DNA of 63,281 nt, counting the filler, from Choristocarpus tenellus KU-1152 (Eukaryota > Protista > Phaeophyceae): assembly GCA_964200185.2 (NCBI GenBank). It is 11 parts of 11 records of this genome, joined end to end, with 100 filler letters (N's around TTAATTAATTAA, not from the genome) between each part and the next. Parts side by side here need not be neighbours in the genome. Positions count along the whole stretch, not along the records: positions 60,570 to 63,281 come from CAXNAD020025394.1; 10 more parts are not named here. One strand, written 5' to 3'. The notes below the pieces were generated by a model. It was not told the origin of the DNA. It searched no databases and worked only from the letters and a program-made list of their open reading frames with translations. The translations under genes and the position numbers were made by a program. Every line of letters starts with the position of its first letter. Positions within the stretch are counted from its first letter, which is position 1. Positions 63,146 to 63,281 of the stretch are shown piece by piece.

Positions 63146-63281
63146 TCCTCAAACTATCTTAGAGGGTAGAGTCGCGTCCATTTGGGGCCAAAATCCAATG
63201 TTGCGATTTGGATGAAATTTTGGCTATCGTGTTTGTTAGGAAGTGTCATTATCCTTGTTCCGGACACTCCTTTTCATAACA
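63146..63281. mobile_element. MITE family A left part, cut by window end
   Basis: caaactatcttagagggtagagtcgcgtccatttggggccaaaatccaatgttgcgattt... closely matches 6042-6172 and 50832-50962. Confidence 0.9.

Overview
This is eukaryotic DNA, not a single locus. Eleven short contigs are joined by ten artificial 100-bp linkers (N44-TTAATTAATTAA-N44), so adjacency across a linker means nothing. Long introns, TTAGGG motifs, a cyanobacterial-type HelY/ISE2 helicase and the transposon types suggest a photosynthetic stramenopile such as a brown alga (inference). Host genes reconstructed by hand from splice sites: (1) the 3' end of a PurE-domain AIR carboxylase (ADE2-like); (2) four internal exons of an ISE2/HelY-type Ski2 DExH helicase; (3) a complete 10-exon EME1-like gene (about 601 aa) with one GC-AG intron; (4) a complete 4-exon PDCD5 gene (130 aa); (5) the last exon of a folylpolyglutamate synthase-like gene; (6) an unidentified multi-exon gene fragment. 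Most of the remainder is transposon material: a complete TA-flanked 4.26-kb IS630/Tc1/mariner-type element, DD39D mariner, pogo, hAT, Gypsy, Copia, DIRS-like and CRE-type non-LTR relics, and several high-copy MITE families. I found no CRISPR array, rRNA or tRNA, and no convincing new multi-gene system. The best leads are a MITE super-family with shared AAAGTATCT ends and 4-bp target duplications, the complete atypical DDE element, a mini-element bounded by telomere repeats, and mosaic CpG depletion.
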